In this document: piece after piece, positions 1 through 7,080 of the stretch
Layout of the letters: each line of letters opens with the position of its first letter
Position numbering within the stretch: position 1 is the stretch's first letter
Origin: a virus
Lineage: Duplodnaviria; Caudoviricetes
Direction: 5' to 3' (one strand)
IMG/VR virus record: IMGVR_UViG_3300012352_000720
Location: 1 to 36,896 of that record
Length of the DNA: 36,896 nucleotides
Translations under genes and position numbers: made by a program
The notes under the pieces: model-generated
What the model saw: only the letters and a program-made list of their open reading frames with translations
Told to the model about the DNA's origin: nothing
Database searches by the model: none

Positions 1-77
1 GATCTCATAGCTCAATTGGTTAGAGCGCTACCCTGTCACGGTAGAGGTTGCGAGTTCAAGTCTCGTTGGGGTCGCCA
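1..77 (+). tRNA. trnD: tRNA-Asp(GUC)
   Basis: Cloverleaf: acceptor GATCTCA/TGGGGTC, anticodon arm CTACC-CTGTCAC-GGTAG, T-loop TTCAAGT, encoded CCA. Confidence 0.95.
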
Positions 78-81
78 ATAA

Positions 82-154
<73 letters not shown>

Positions 155-158
155 CTAA

Positions 159-240
159 GCCCGTATGGTGGAATAGGCAGACACAGCAGACTTAAAATTT
201 GCCATCGCAAGATGTATCGGTTCAAGTCCGATTACGGGTA
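159..240 (+). tRNA. trnL: tRNA-Leu(UAA)
   Basis: Acceptor GCCCGTA/TACGGGT, anticodon arm GCAGA-CTTAAAA-TTTGC, long variable arm CATC-GCAA-GATG. Confidence 0.95.
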
Positions 241-241
241 C

Positions 242-327
242 GGAAGATTGGCAGAGTGGTCGAATGCAGCGGTTTGCTAAATCGTAGTCCGAAAGGTCCA
301 CAGGTTCGAATCCTGTATCTTCCGCCA
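242..327 (+). tRNA. trnS: tRNA-Ser(GCU)
   Basis: Acceptor GGAAGAT/ATCTTCC, anticodon loop TTGCTAA, long variable arm, G73, encoded CCA. Confidence 0.93.
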
Positions 328-328
328 A

Positions 329-400
329 GCCTCCATCGTCTATCGGTTAGGACTCCAGATTTTCAATCTGGCAAGACGGGTTCAACTCCCGTTGGAGGTA
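329..400 (+). tRNA. trnE: tRNA-Glu(UUC)
   Basis: Acceptor GCCTCCA/TGGAGGT, anticodon arm CCAGA-TTTTCAA-TCTGG, T arm ACGGG-TTCAACT-CCCGT. Confidence 0.95.
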
Positions 401-415
401 CGATATTAAGGTTGC

Positions 416-577
416 GTTGCAGGTGTAGAGACTGACTCCCGACGGGGACAACTGGAGGTCAACGAGCTTATGTAAAGCCTCACATATCAGATTAATAAGT
501 TAGTTTGCTCGTAGACTTATTAATCGGCCCTACTGCAACATAGAAGTCGTCCCATTAAATTGGCGTTGGTACTTCTT
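416..577 (+). ncRNA. Candidate structured ncRNA A within tRNA cluster
   Basis: Closing stem GTTGCAG(416-422)/CTGCAAC(533-539), 11-bp hairpin 490-500/515-525, hairpin 455-459/477-481, loop-loop complementarity ACGAGC/GCTCGT, extra hairpin 542-576. Confidence 0.5.
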
Positions 578-592
578 ACAGGATAGGGTTTT

Positions 593-663
593 AGGGTCTA
601 AGTGTTACGGAAGCACTACCGTCTCCAAAGCGGTAAGCCTAGGTTCGACTCCTAGAGACTCTG
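593..663 (+). tRNA. trnW: tRNA-Trp(CCA)
   Basis: Acceptor AGGGTCT/AGACTCT, anticodon arm ACCGT-CTCCAAA-GCGGT, T arm CTAGG-TTCGACT-CCTAG; A instead of U at position 8. Confidence 0.9.
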
Positions 664-670
664 CAGGGAA

Positions 671-825
671 CCTCTTGTATGGCAGTATATAGTTTAGTTA
701 GCTACTAAACAGAACGTTGACTGTTTACGCAAGATACAGGGGCAACTAGGAGCCTACTGTACTAGTGTCGTCGGGGCACTCGGAGTAATGGCCTTACAGT
801 GTAGAATCTATAAACTGACCCGACA
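671..825 (+). ncRNA. Candidate structured ncRNA B within tRNA cluster
   Basis: Nested stems 672-680/734-742, 681-686/720-725, 692-698/704-710; second domain 766-774/815-825; possible pseudoknot ACTGTA(756-761)/TACAGT(795-800). Confidence 0.45.
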
Positions 826-828
826 TAT

Positions 829-899
829 TCTTCCTTCGTCCAACGGCAGGACTCCTGATTTTGGCTCAGGCAATCTTGGTTCGAATCCAGGGGGAAGAG
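829..899 (+). tRNA. trnQ: tRNA-Gln(UUG)
   Basis: Acceptor TCTTCCT/GGGAAGA, anticodon arm CCTGA-TTTTGGC-TCAGG, TTCGAAT. Confidence 0.93.
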
Positions 900-903
900 C
901 AAG

Positions 904-977
904 GCTCCATTAGTCCAATTGGTAGAGGCGCATGATTTAGGATCATGATGTTGTAAGTTCGAGTCTTACATGGAGCA
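904..977 (+). tRNA. trnL: tRNA-Leu(UAG), short variable loop
   Basis: Acceptor GCTCCAT/ATGGAGC, anticodon arm CATGA-TTTAGGA-TCATG, 5-nt variable loop, A73. Confidence 0.88.
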
Positions 978-999
978 CAATATATTGTACAATAGTATT

Positions 1000-1632
1000 A
1001 TGCCAGAAATTAATGAAAGTAATATAAAAGCTGCGGGATTTGAGTTTGAAAAGTTAGACCCTAACGTATTTCTTGTTAAAGATTTTATATCAGAAGAAGA
1101 GTGCCAGTTTTTTTATAACCTTGCAGAAGATAAGACCGAAGAGGATTGGCTAGGCGCTTACCTTGAAGGCATTAAAGATAGAGCCGAAGCAAGATATGGC
1201 ACTAGAGATCTTGAGGACACAAATATTGAAGTAACACATAACTGGAATGATAAAGTTATTTTTATTGCTGATACAATAAAGCAATTTAATTTAGATGCTA
1301 GGCTAGAGTCTTTATTTGACAAAGAGGCTAATTACTCATTCAGGCCATTTGGAATTATTCAAAGGCAGTATGTCGGCTCCGAGCTTGGTGGACATTATGA
1401 TCAATATGTTGATACCAGAATGAAGTGGGCATCTGTAGTTTATATAAACGATAACTACAATGGTGGAGAGTTTTACTTTAGCGAAAAGAAAATATTAGTT
1501 AAACCGCCAAGAAAATCTATGCTAGTTTTTCCAGCAACAGAAGAATACTGGCATGGGGTTAAGATGGTTGAAGAAGGGCCAACAAGATATGCAATGCCTT
1601 CTTTTATCTGGAGCGAACCAGGAATTTTTTAA
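1000..1632 (+). CDS. 2OG-Fe(II) oxygenase, prolyl-4-hydroxylase-like
   Basis: HYD...YINDNYNGGE...WHGV...RY motifs; start moved from 970 (inside tRNA) to ATG 1000, 6 nt after TACAAT. Confidence 0.88.
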   Translation: MPEINESNIKAAGFEFEKLDPNVFLVKDFISEEECQFFYNLAEDKTEEDWLGAYLEGIKDRAEARYGTRDLEDTNIEVTHNWNDKVIFIADTIKQFNLDARLESLFDKEANYSFRPFGIIQRQYVGSELGGHYDQYVDTRMKWASVVYINDNYNGGEFYFSEKKILVKPPRKSMLVFPATEEYWHGVKMVEEGPTRYAMPSFIWSEPGIF

Positions 1633-1750
1633 TCTTTGAAAAAAGATTCTCTACTCTACCTTCTGTAATACCAGTCTTTGTTTCATTCTTATAGTAATCA
1701 GATTGAAAGTATGGAGAAGTATAGACCTGCTTGAAATGATCTCTTGTCAT
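1604..1750 (-). CDS. Small hypothetical protein (MTRDHFKQV...)
   Basis: ATG at 1750 lies 9 nt after TGC-TATAAT (extended -10); upstream part of the listed ORF overlaps a structured RNA; 3' end overlaps the convergent oxygenase gene. Confidence 0.5.
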   Translation of the reverse strand: MTRDHFKQVYTSPYFQSDYYKNETKTGITEGRVENLFSKIKKFLVRSR

Positions 1751-1767
1751 AATAACTCTATTATAGC

Positions 1768-1854
1768 AAGAAACCCAACCAGAGGCGGATCCGATTGGGT
1801 TTTGCTGCACATAAGTGCAATGCAGGGAGCAGTATGCGGGATGCTTCAACCTGC
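1768..1854 (-). ncRNA. Candidate small RNA, three hairpins, last one terminator-like
   Basis: Starts 7 nt after TACAAT of a consensus promoter; stems GCAGG/CCTGC enclosing AGCA/TGCT, TGCAC/GTGCA, and a 13-bp stem with G-U pairs favouring the minus strand whose 3' arm runs into TTTCTT. Confidence 0.55.
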
Positions 1855-1860
1855 AAGATT

Positions 1861-1889
1861 ATTGTAGATTATTGTAGACCAAAAGTCAA
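1861..1889 (-). promoter_or_regulatory. Sigma70/SigA-type promoter
   Basis: TTGACT-N17-TACAAT on minus strand. Confidence 0.7.
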
Positions 1890-2083
1890 TCACTTTCTTC
1901 TTCATCAGAAAGATATGAAGGCAGCGGCCCTAGAAGATGTCCCTGCTCGTGATATGAAATCATTTTAGCTGCATCTTCTGCATTAAGTTTTATTCCTATT
2001 AATGTAAGCAGATCATATATTCTATGTAGCATGATGTAGGTTGCCATAGGCAGGTTGTCTTCAAGATTATTTTTATCTTCCAT
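1886..2083 (-). CDS. Hypothetical protein
   Basis: 65-aa ORF overlapping the stop of the upstream methyltransferase, GAGG SD-like site upstream. Confidence 0.7.
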   Translation of the reverse strand: MEDKNNLEDNLPMATYIMLHRIYDLLTLIGIKLNAEDAAKMISYHEQGHLLGPLPSYLSDEEESD

Positions 2084-2714
2084 TTAATTCCCTCTTAAAT
2101 ACTATAGCTTGGCCAGTCGGCAACTCTATTATACTACTTCTATTAAAAAAATCATTCATGGCTTTTCTTGCACCAGGAGTTTTATAGGATCCGTAGTCAT
2201 CGCAAATCAATACTCCGCCAATGCACAGTCTATCCCAAAAATAATTTATTGAGTCTCGAGTTGGCTCATACATATCAACATCAATATGAACGTATGAATA
2301 CTGTAATTCCTCTATCTGACTAAAAACATCTGGAATCCAGCCTTTGTAGATCTTTGCATTGTCTATGCCTTCTAAAGTCTTTAATGAATATTTCATTTCT
2401 ATATCAAGCTTTACTGCATCAAAATAATCTGTATCAAACTCTGTTTTCTTAGATACTCCTTCAAAAGAGTCTATCCCAATAAAATTCTGATCACATTTAT
2501 CCGCTACAAATAACATGCTCATTCCAGCATATACACCGCATTCTGCAAAGTTTAAATTCTTATCTCTTTGCTGGTCTGCCAGTTGTCTTAAAACGTAGAG
2601 TCTTGCGTAAAAAGCAGTATCTATATTGTTGCTTAAATTATAAATAGAGTCAAACTTTTTATATATCTCTACAAACTCATCATCTTCTGACCATCTACTT
2701 AGATATGATTCCAT
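2073..2714 (-). CDS. TylF/MycF-family SAM-dependent O-methyltransferase
   Basis: ECGVYAG, GIDSFEG, KGWIPD, YVHIDVDMYEPT, GGVLICDDYG motifs. Confidence 0.88.
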   Translation of the reverse strand: MESYLSRWSEDDEFVEIYKKFDSIYNLSNNIDTAFYARLYVLRQLADQQRDKNLNFAECGVYAGMSMLFVADKCDQNFIGIDSFEGVSKKTEFDTDYFDAVKLDIEMKYSLKTLEGIDNAKIYKGWIPDVFSQIEELQYSYVHIDVDMYEPTRDSINYFWDRLCIGGVLICDDYGSYKTPGARKAMNDFFNRSSIIELPTGQAIVFKRELNGR

Positions 2715-2832
2715 CTGGTCTTCCTATGTCTTCCCAAAAAATTTCTCTTCCCATATTATCTGTTATGGGGATTGGTCTGGATTCATTCTGTATCTCCTCA
2801 AAGGGAGACCAATTATTTCCGCAAAAGTCCAT
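2695..2832 (-). CDS. Small hypothetical protein (MDFCGNNW...)
   Basis: Shortened version of ORF 2695..2979 that tiles between its neighbours with short overlaps. Confidence 0.45.
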   Translation of the reverse strand: MDFCGNNWSPFEEIQNESRPIPITDNMGREIFWEDIGRPDGIISK

Positions 2833-3028
2833 TGACTGCTGCCTTAATTTTTCCATATGCTGTCTGACCCATAATATTCTTGTAGTCGCAAGAAAGGCAG
2901 TAAAGATATATTTCATCGTTTTGCCCCATATTGCAGAAAAGAGAGCCTTGATCCATTGGACATTCCAACTTGGGTACAAGGCCCTCTTCTGAAAGAGCTA
3001 TATATCTAGATACTATTTGTATCTGCAT
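2813..3028 (-). CDS. Small putative zinc-ribbon protein
   Basis: CPMD...C...CLSC; SD GAGG upstream of ATG; operonic with the lysozyme-like gene. Confidence 0.65.
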   Translation of the reverse strand: MQIQIVSRYIALSEEGLVPKLECPMDQGSLFCNMGQNDEIYLYCLSCDYKNIMGQTAYGKIKAAVNGLLRK

Positions 3029-3036
3029 TATTCCTC

Positions 3037-3600
3037 TTATGCTAGGTTATTCGGGAATAGCTTGAGCCATTCCTTAGCCTTTGGGGTTAAACCCTTCCAG
3101 CTTGACCAATCAGTTCCGCCATTGGTCATGTAGTACGTTATCTCTGCGTTTGTTACTGGGTCGAATAACTCAGTTTTAGTTTTCATGTTAAATTTCTCCT
3201 TAAACAATTCTAGTCTATCTGTTCCCAGACTTCCTATCATGTTAATTTGAAATATTCCATAGGAACTATCTCCAGTTTTTCTGTTTCCGTTATATGCAAG
3301 TGGTCGTCCATTAGATTCCCTCTTTGCGATGGCCCAAGCTTTTTTAAGACCTGTACCTTCAAATCCTACTGCCTTGAAAAGGTCTATAAGATCTTTATCT
3401 GTGAGTTGCTGCTTAGCCGTGTACTTTGCAGTACTTAGTCTATGCAACGTCGCTTGCTTTAATTGGTATTCAGTTTTTACTGCTGGTGCAGGTAATGCAA
3501 TTGCTGACTGCCCCTGGACAGGAAATAGAAATAATGTTATCATTACTATTGCTGTCCAGTGATGTACAACATCGCTTAACTGCTGTTTTATATTCTCCAT
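3037..3600 (-). CDS. Lysozyme-like / lytic transglycosylase (SLT-like) with N-terminal signal or TM segment
   Basis: AIAKRES (catalytic Glu), SYGIFQIN, LFDPVTNA, DWSSW; hydrophobic N-terminus; AAGGAGG 8 nt before ATG 3600. Confidence 0.85.
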   Translation of the reverse strand: MENIKQQLSDVVHHWTAIVMITLFLFPVQGQSAIALPAPAVKTEYQLKQATLHRLSTAKYTAKQQLTDKDLIDLFKAVGFEGTGLKKAWAIAKRESNGRPLAYNGNRKTGDSSYGIFQINMIGSLGTDRLELFKEKFNMKTKTELFDPVTNAEITYYMTNGGTDWSSWKGLTPKAKEWLKLFPNNLA

Positions 3601-3629
3601 TGGCATTTCCTCCTTTAGAGATAACGAAC

Positions 3630-3663
3630 TACAATCATAACATTGATTGTAAGTTACTGTCAA
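3630..3663 (-). promoter_or_regulatory. Promoter with overlapping palindrome
   Basis: TTGACA-N18-TATGAT with TGn extension; inverted repeat TACAATCA-N6-TGATTGTA at 3630-3651. Confidence 0.6.
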
Positions 3664-3683
3664 GTTAGTCAACTAGGATTTTT

Positions 3684-4673
3684 ATGCAAATTTCATTCTC
3701 TACGCTTAGATCAAACTTTAATAAGTCTGTTGGATACGGACATGCTGCAATTAATATAGTAGACGCATTAAATCAGCTAGGCCACGAAGTGCCGTATCAA
3801 GCTCCATCTGCACCAGTACAGTTAAATTTTTCTCAACCAACTCATTTTAAAATGCATAGAAATCAATATCAAATTGGATATACTCCGTGGGAATCAACGG
3901 AGCTTCCAGATGACTGGATGGAATACTTAGAGGCGTGTGACGAAGTGTGGACAACATCTAATTGGTGCAAAGAAGTCTTTGAGTCAAATGGTTTAAAAGA
4001 TGTAAAAGTTTTCCCTCATGGCATAGAAAGTTTCTGGGCTCCAAGAAAAAGAAAGCAAAAAGATGTAATTAGATTTTTACATATTGGAGAGCCAGCACCA
4101 AGAAAAGCTGGACAGATGACGGTAGATGCATTTGCTCATTTGTTTGGTAATGATCAAAGATATCAATTGACAATTAAAGCATATAAGAATAACACCACTA
4201 GAATTTATGACAACTATATAAATAAAGAAATAATAGGTTTACCAGATAGAGTTTACAATAACATAAATATAATCACTGATGACTTTAACGAGCAACAGAT
4301 GCTGGACTTGTATTATGAGCATGATGTGCTTATTTATCCAACATATGGCGAAGGATTTGGTTTTATACCGCTTCAGGCATTAGCAACTGGAATGCCAGTT
4401 ATATCAACATATGATTGGGCAGAGTATAAAGATTTTCTAGGACCCTTAAAGTTAGATTCAGAGCTAATAGACTCTCCATGGCAGCATCCTCACAAAGGAA
4501 AAGTCTTTGAGCCAAACTATCAACACTTACTTGAGCTTATGAGAGACTTTGCATTAAATAGCAAAGCATACTCAGGATACTATTACGCACAGGCACCAAA
4601 GGTTCACGAAAAATATAACTGGTTACAGTTGACCAATAATGCTTTCGATCATATCTTTAAAAAGTTCTCCTAA
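3684..4673 (+). CDS. GT-B fold glycosyltransferase (GT4-like)
   Basis: GYG N-terminal loop, YTPWES, RKA, YPTYGEGFGFIPLQALATGMPVI motif. Confidence 0.9.
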   Translation: MQISFSTLRSNFNKSVGYGHAAINIVDALNQLGHEVPYQAPSAPVQLNFSQPTHFKMHRNQYQIGYTPWESTELPDDWMEYLEACDEVWTTSNWCKEVFESNGLKDVKVFPHGIESFWAPRKRKQKDVIRFLHIGEPAPRKAGQMTVDAFAHLFGNDQRYQLTIKAYKNNTTRIYDNYINKEIIGLPDRVYNNINIITDDFNEQQMLDLYYEHDVLIYPTYGEGFGFIPLQALATGMPVISTYDWAEYKDFLGPLKLDSELIDSPWQHPHKGKVFEPNYQHLLELMRDFALNSKAYSGYYYAQAPKVHEKYNWLQLTNNAFDHIFKKFS

Positions 4674-4697
4674 ACCCTTCCTTGTTATAAATAGTTT

Positions 4698-4706
4698 TGG
4701 TAGAAT
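4698..4706 (+). promoter_or_regulatory. Extended -10 promoter for nrdJ
   Basis: TGG-TAGAAT in intergenic region. Confidence 0.5.
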
Positions 4707-4764
4707 TGTACTCTTACTTAAAAAACAATCAATCCGTTAGGCGGAAGAAAAGGTGTCACCAAAA

Positions 4765-6696
4765 ATGTCAAGAACTATTGAAAACCCTTATGAGAACTTT
4801 ATTGCTCTCTCAAGATATGCTAGATGGATTCCAGAAGAGAATCGTCGAGAAGTATGGGGTGAAACAGTAGATCGTTATTTTGACTTTATGCTTAATCACC
4901 TAAAGACAATGAATTATATTCCAGATGCAAAGATTGTTGAAGAAGTAAAGTCAGCAGTCTTTAATCGTAACGTTATGCCTTCAATGCGCTCTGTTATGAC
5001 GGCTGGACCAGCACTAGACAGAGACCATGTTGCAGGATATAACTGCTCGTTTGTTCCAGTAGACTCACCTCGTTCATTTGATGAGACAATGTATATTCTT
5101 ATGTGCGGAACTGGTGTTGGATTCTCCGTTGAGTATAAGTATGTAAACAAGCTTCCTGCCGTCCCAGACTCATTTGATAAGTCTACAACAATAATTACAG
5201 TTGAAGACTCAAAGCAGGGTTGGGCAAAAGCATATCGTGAACTACTTGCATTGCTTTGGTCTGGTCAAGTTCCAGCAATTGATGTAAGCAAGCTTCGTCC
5301 AGCTGGTGCACGTCTTAAGACAATGGGCGGAAGATCATCTGGTCCACAGCCACTAATTAATCTTTTTGATTTTACTATTGCTAAGTTTAGGTCAGCAGCT
5401 GGTCGTCAGTTAAAGCCGATTGAGGCACACGACATTATGTGTAAGATCGGTGAGATTGTTGTAGTTGGAGGAGTTCGTCGCTCTGCAATGATTTCTCTTT
5501 CAAATATTAACGATATTGAGATGGCACAAGCTAAAGCAGGAAACTGGTGGGAAAATAATTCTCAACGTGCATTGTCAAACAACTCTGTTGCATATTCACG
5601 TAAGCCAGATATGGAGCAATTTATTGCAGAATGGAAATCTCTTTATGACTCAAAGTCTGGGGAACGTGGAATCTATAATGTTGCAGCAGCGCAGGCGCAG
5701 GCAGCAAAGTATGGTCGTAGAAGCGCTGAAGTCCATTATGGAACAAACCCATGCTCAGAAATTATTCTTCGTCCTTACCAGTTTTGTAATCTTTCAGAAG
5801 TCGTATTACGTGAAGAGGATACAGTTGCGGATGTTTCAAATAAAGTACGTCTTGCAACAATTCTTGGTACATGGCAATCAACACTAACAGACTTCAAGTA
5901 CCTTCGTAAAATTTGGAAAGATAATACAGAAGAAGAGAGACTTCTTGGAGTTTCACTCACAGGACAGTTTGGCCACAAATTCTTCTCTGGTAAGGAAGAT
6001 CTTACAAAGCTAGAAGAAGTTCTTACTGGTCTTCGTGAATATGCAAGAACAATTAACTCAGAAGAGGCAGGGAAAATTGGGATTCCTGAGTCTGCAGCTA
6101 TTACATGTGTAAAGCCTTCTGGAACAGTATCTCAATTGGTCGGGGTTAGCTCAGGAATGCATGCATGGCATTCTGATTATTATATTAGAACAGTTCGTGG
6201 AGACAAAAAGGATCCAATCACAACATTCTTAACAGAGGTTGGAATTCCAGTCGAAGATGATGTTATGAAGCCAAATGATACATCTGTCTTTTCATTTCCA
6301 GTAAAGGCTCCAGAAGGTGCAATTACAAGAGATCATCTTACAGCAATTGATCACTTGAATATCTGGCTAGTTTACCAACGTGCATGGTGTGAGCATAAGC
6401 CATCAATTACAGTATCTGTAAAAGAAGATGAGTGGATGGAAGTAGGAGCTTGGGTATACAAGCACTTTGATGAGGTATCTGGAATTTCATTCCTACCACA
6501 CTCTGATCACACATACAAGCAGGCTCCTTATCAGGAAGTCTCAAAAGAAGAGTACGAAGATTTGGTATCTAGAATGCCAAAGTCCATTCGATGGGAAGAT
6601 TTGTCTTTCTACGAAACAGAAGACGGGACCAGCGGAACTCAAACCCTGGCCTGTACTTCGGATGGAAATTGCGAGATTGTAGATATTTCCGCTTAA
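4765..6696 (+). CDS. nrdJ: Class II (adenosylcobalamin-dependent) ribonucleotide reductase
   Basis: YNCSF, GTGVGF, VVVGGVRRSA, TNPCSEI, FCNLSE, CVKPSGTVSQL, C-terminal CTSDGNC; no beta-subunit gene adjacent. Confidence 0.93.
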   Translation: MSRTIENPYENFIALSRYARWIPEENRREVWGETVDRYFDFMLNHLKTMNYIPDAKIVEEVKSAVFNRNVMPSMRSVMTAGPALDRDHVAGYNCSFVPVDSPRSFDETMYILMCGTGVGFSVEYKYVNKLPAVPDSFDKSTTIITVEDSKQGWAKAYRELLALLWSGQVPAIDVSKLRPAGARLKTMGGRSSGPQPLINLFDFTIAKFRSAAGRQLKPIEAHDIMCKIGEIVVVGGVRRSAMISLSNINDIEMAQAKAGNWWENNSQRALSNNSVAYSRKPDMEQFIAEWKSLYDSKSGERGIYNVAAAQAQAAKYGRRSAEVHYGTNPCSEIILRPYQFCNLSEVVLREEDTVADVSNKVRLATILGTWQSTLTDFKYLRKIWKDNTEEERLLGVSLTGQFGHKFFSGKEDLTKLEEVLTGLREYARTINSEEAGKIGIPESAAITCVKPSGTVSQLVGVSSGMHAWHSDYYIRTVRGDKKDPITTFLTEVGIPVEDDVMKPNDTSVFSFPVKAPEGAITRDHLTAIDHLNIWLVYQRAWCEHKPSITVSVKEDEWMEVGAWVYKHFDEVSGISFLPHSDHTYKQAPYQEVSKEEYEDLVSRMPKSIRWEDLSFYETEDGTSGTQTLACTSDGNCEIVDISA

Positions 6697-6764
6697 TGAT
6701 ACAATAGTGTTATGGGCAAAACCCAAATCTCATGGCAACAGCGCTATGATAGGAGATGATATAT

Positions 6765-7007
6765 ATGGCCACCAAGAAATTTGACAAGGCTGATTTAAAT
6801 AAAGATGGGAAAGTAACTATGCAAGAACAGATTTTATCTGCATTAGGAACATACGGTAGAGCATTTCTTTCTGCTGCAATGGCTCTTTACATGACTGGAA
6901 ATACAGATCCAAAGGATTTGATCGCAGCAGGCGTAGCTGCAGTTGCTCCAGTAATTTTAAAGGCTTTGAATCCAAACGATAAGAGCTTTGGCTTCACCAA
7001 TAAGTAA
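6765..7007 (+). CDS. Putative holin with N-terminal EF-hand-like loop
   Basis: Two hydrophobic segments, C-terminal LNPNDKSFG; DLNKDGKVTMQE loop; AGGAG upstream of ATG 6765. Confidence 0.55.
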   Translation: MATKKFDKADLNKDGKVTMQEQILSALGTYGRAFLSAAMALYMTGNTDPKDLIAAGVAAVAPVILKALNPNDKSFGFTNK

Positions 7008-7023
7008 CAATTTAACGCTTAGT

Positions 7024-7065
7024 TAGAAATACTCTTGTGCTAAAATAGGTACAGGAGTATTTCTA
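7024..7065. promoter_or_regulatory. 17-bp inverted repeat with TAAAAT in the loop (terminator and/or promoter)
   Basis: TAGAAATACTCTTGTGC / GTACAGGAGTATTTCTA; TGC-TAAAAT at 7038-7046. Confidence 0.5.
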
Positions 7066-7080
7066 TTCCGTGGGAGTAAT

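Noticed and set aside
401-828. Inter-tRNA inserts as tmRNA, group I intron, hammerhead, twister or HDV-like (theta) ribozyme
   Set aside because: No tmRNA acceptor/T-arm; GTAGAGACTG and AAGATACAG resemble group I R/S elements but cannot form P7 and the tRNAs are intact; no CUGANGA/GAAA core or HDV-type nested pseudoknot found by eye
904-977. Possible amber suppressor or recoded genetic code (anticodon TAG)
   Set aside because: Anticodon UAG reads CUA (Leu); a suppressor would have anticodon CUA. TAG and TGA end well-formed genes here, and ORFs tile densely in the standard code
4739-4745. AGGCGGA upstream of nrdJ complementary to the UCCGCCU loop of the candidate sRNA
   Set aside because: Only 7 bp and inside a local hairpin; expected by chance
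4765-6696. Intein or intron in the ribonucleotide reductase
   Set aside because: ORF is continuous and compact with no Hint or homing endonuclease insertion
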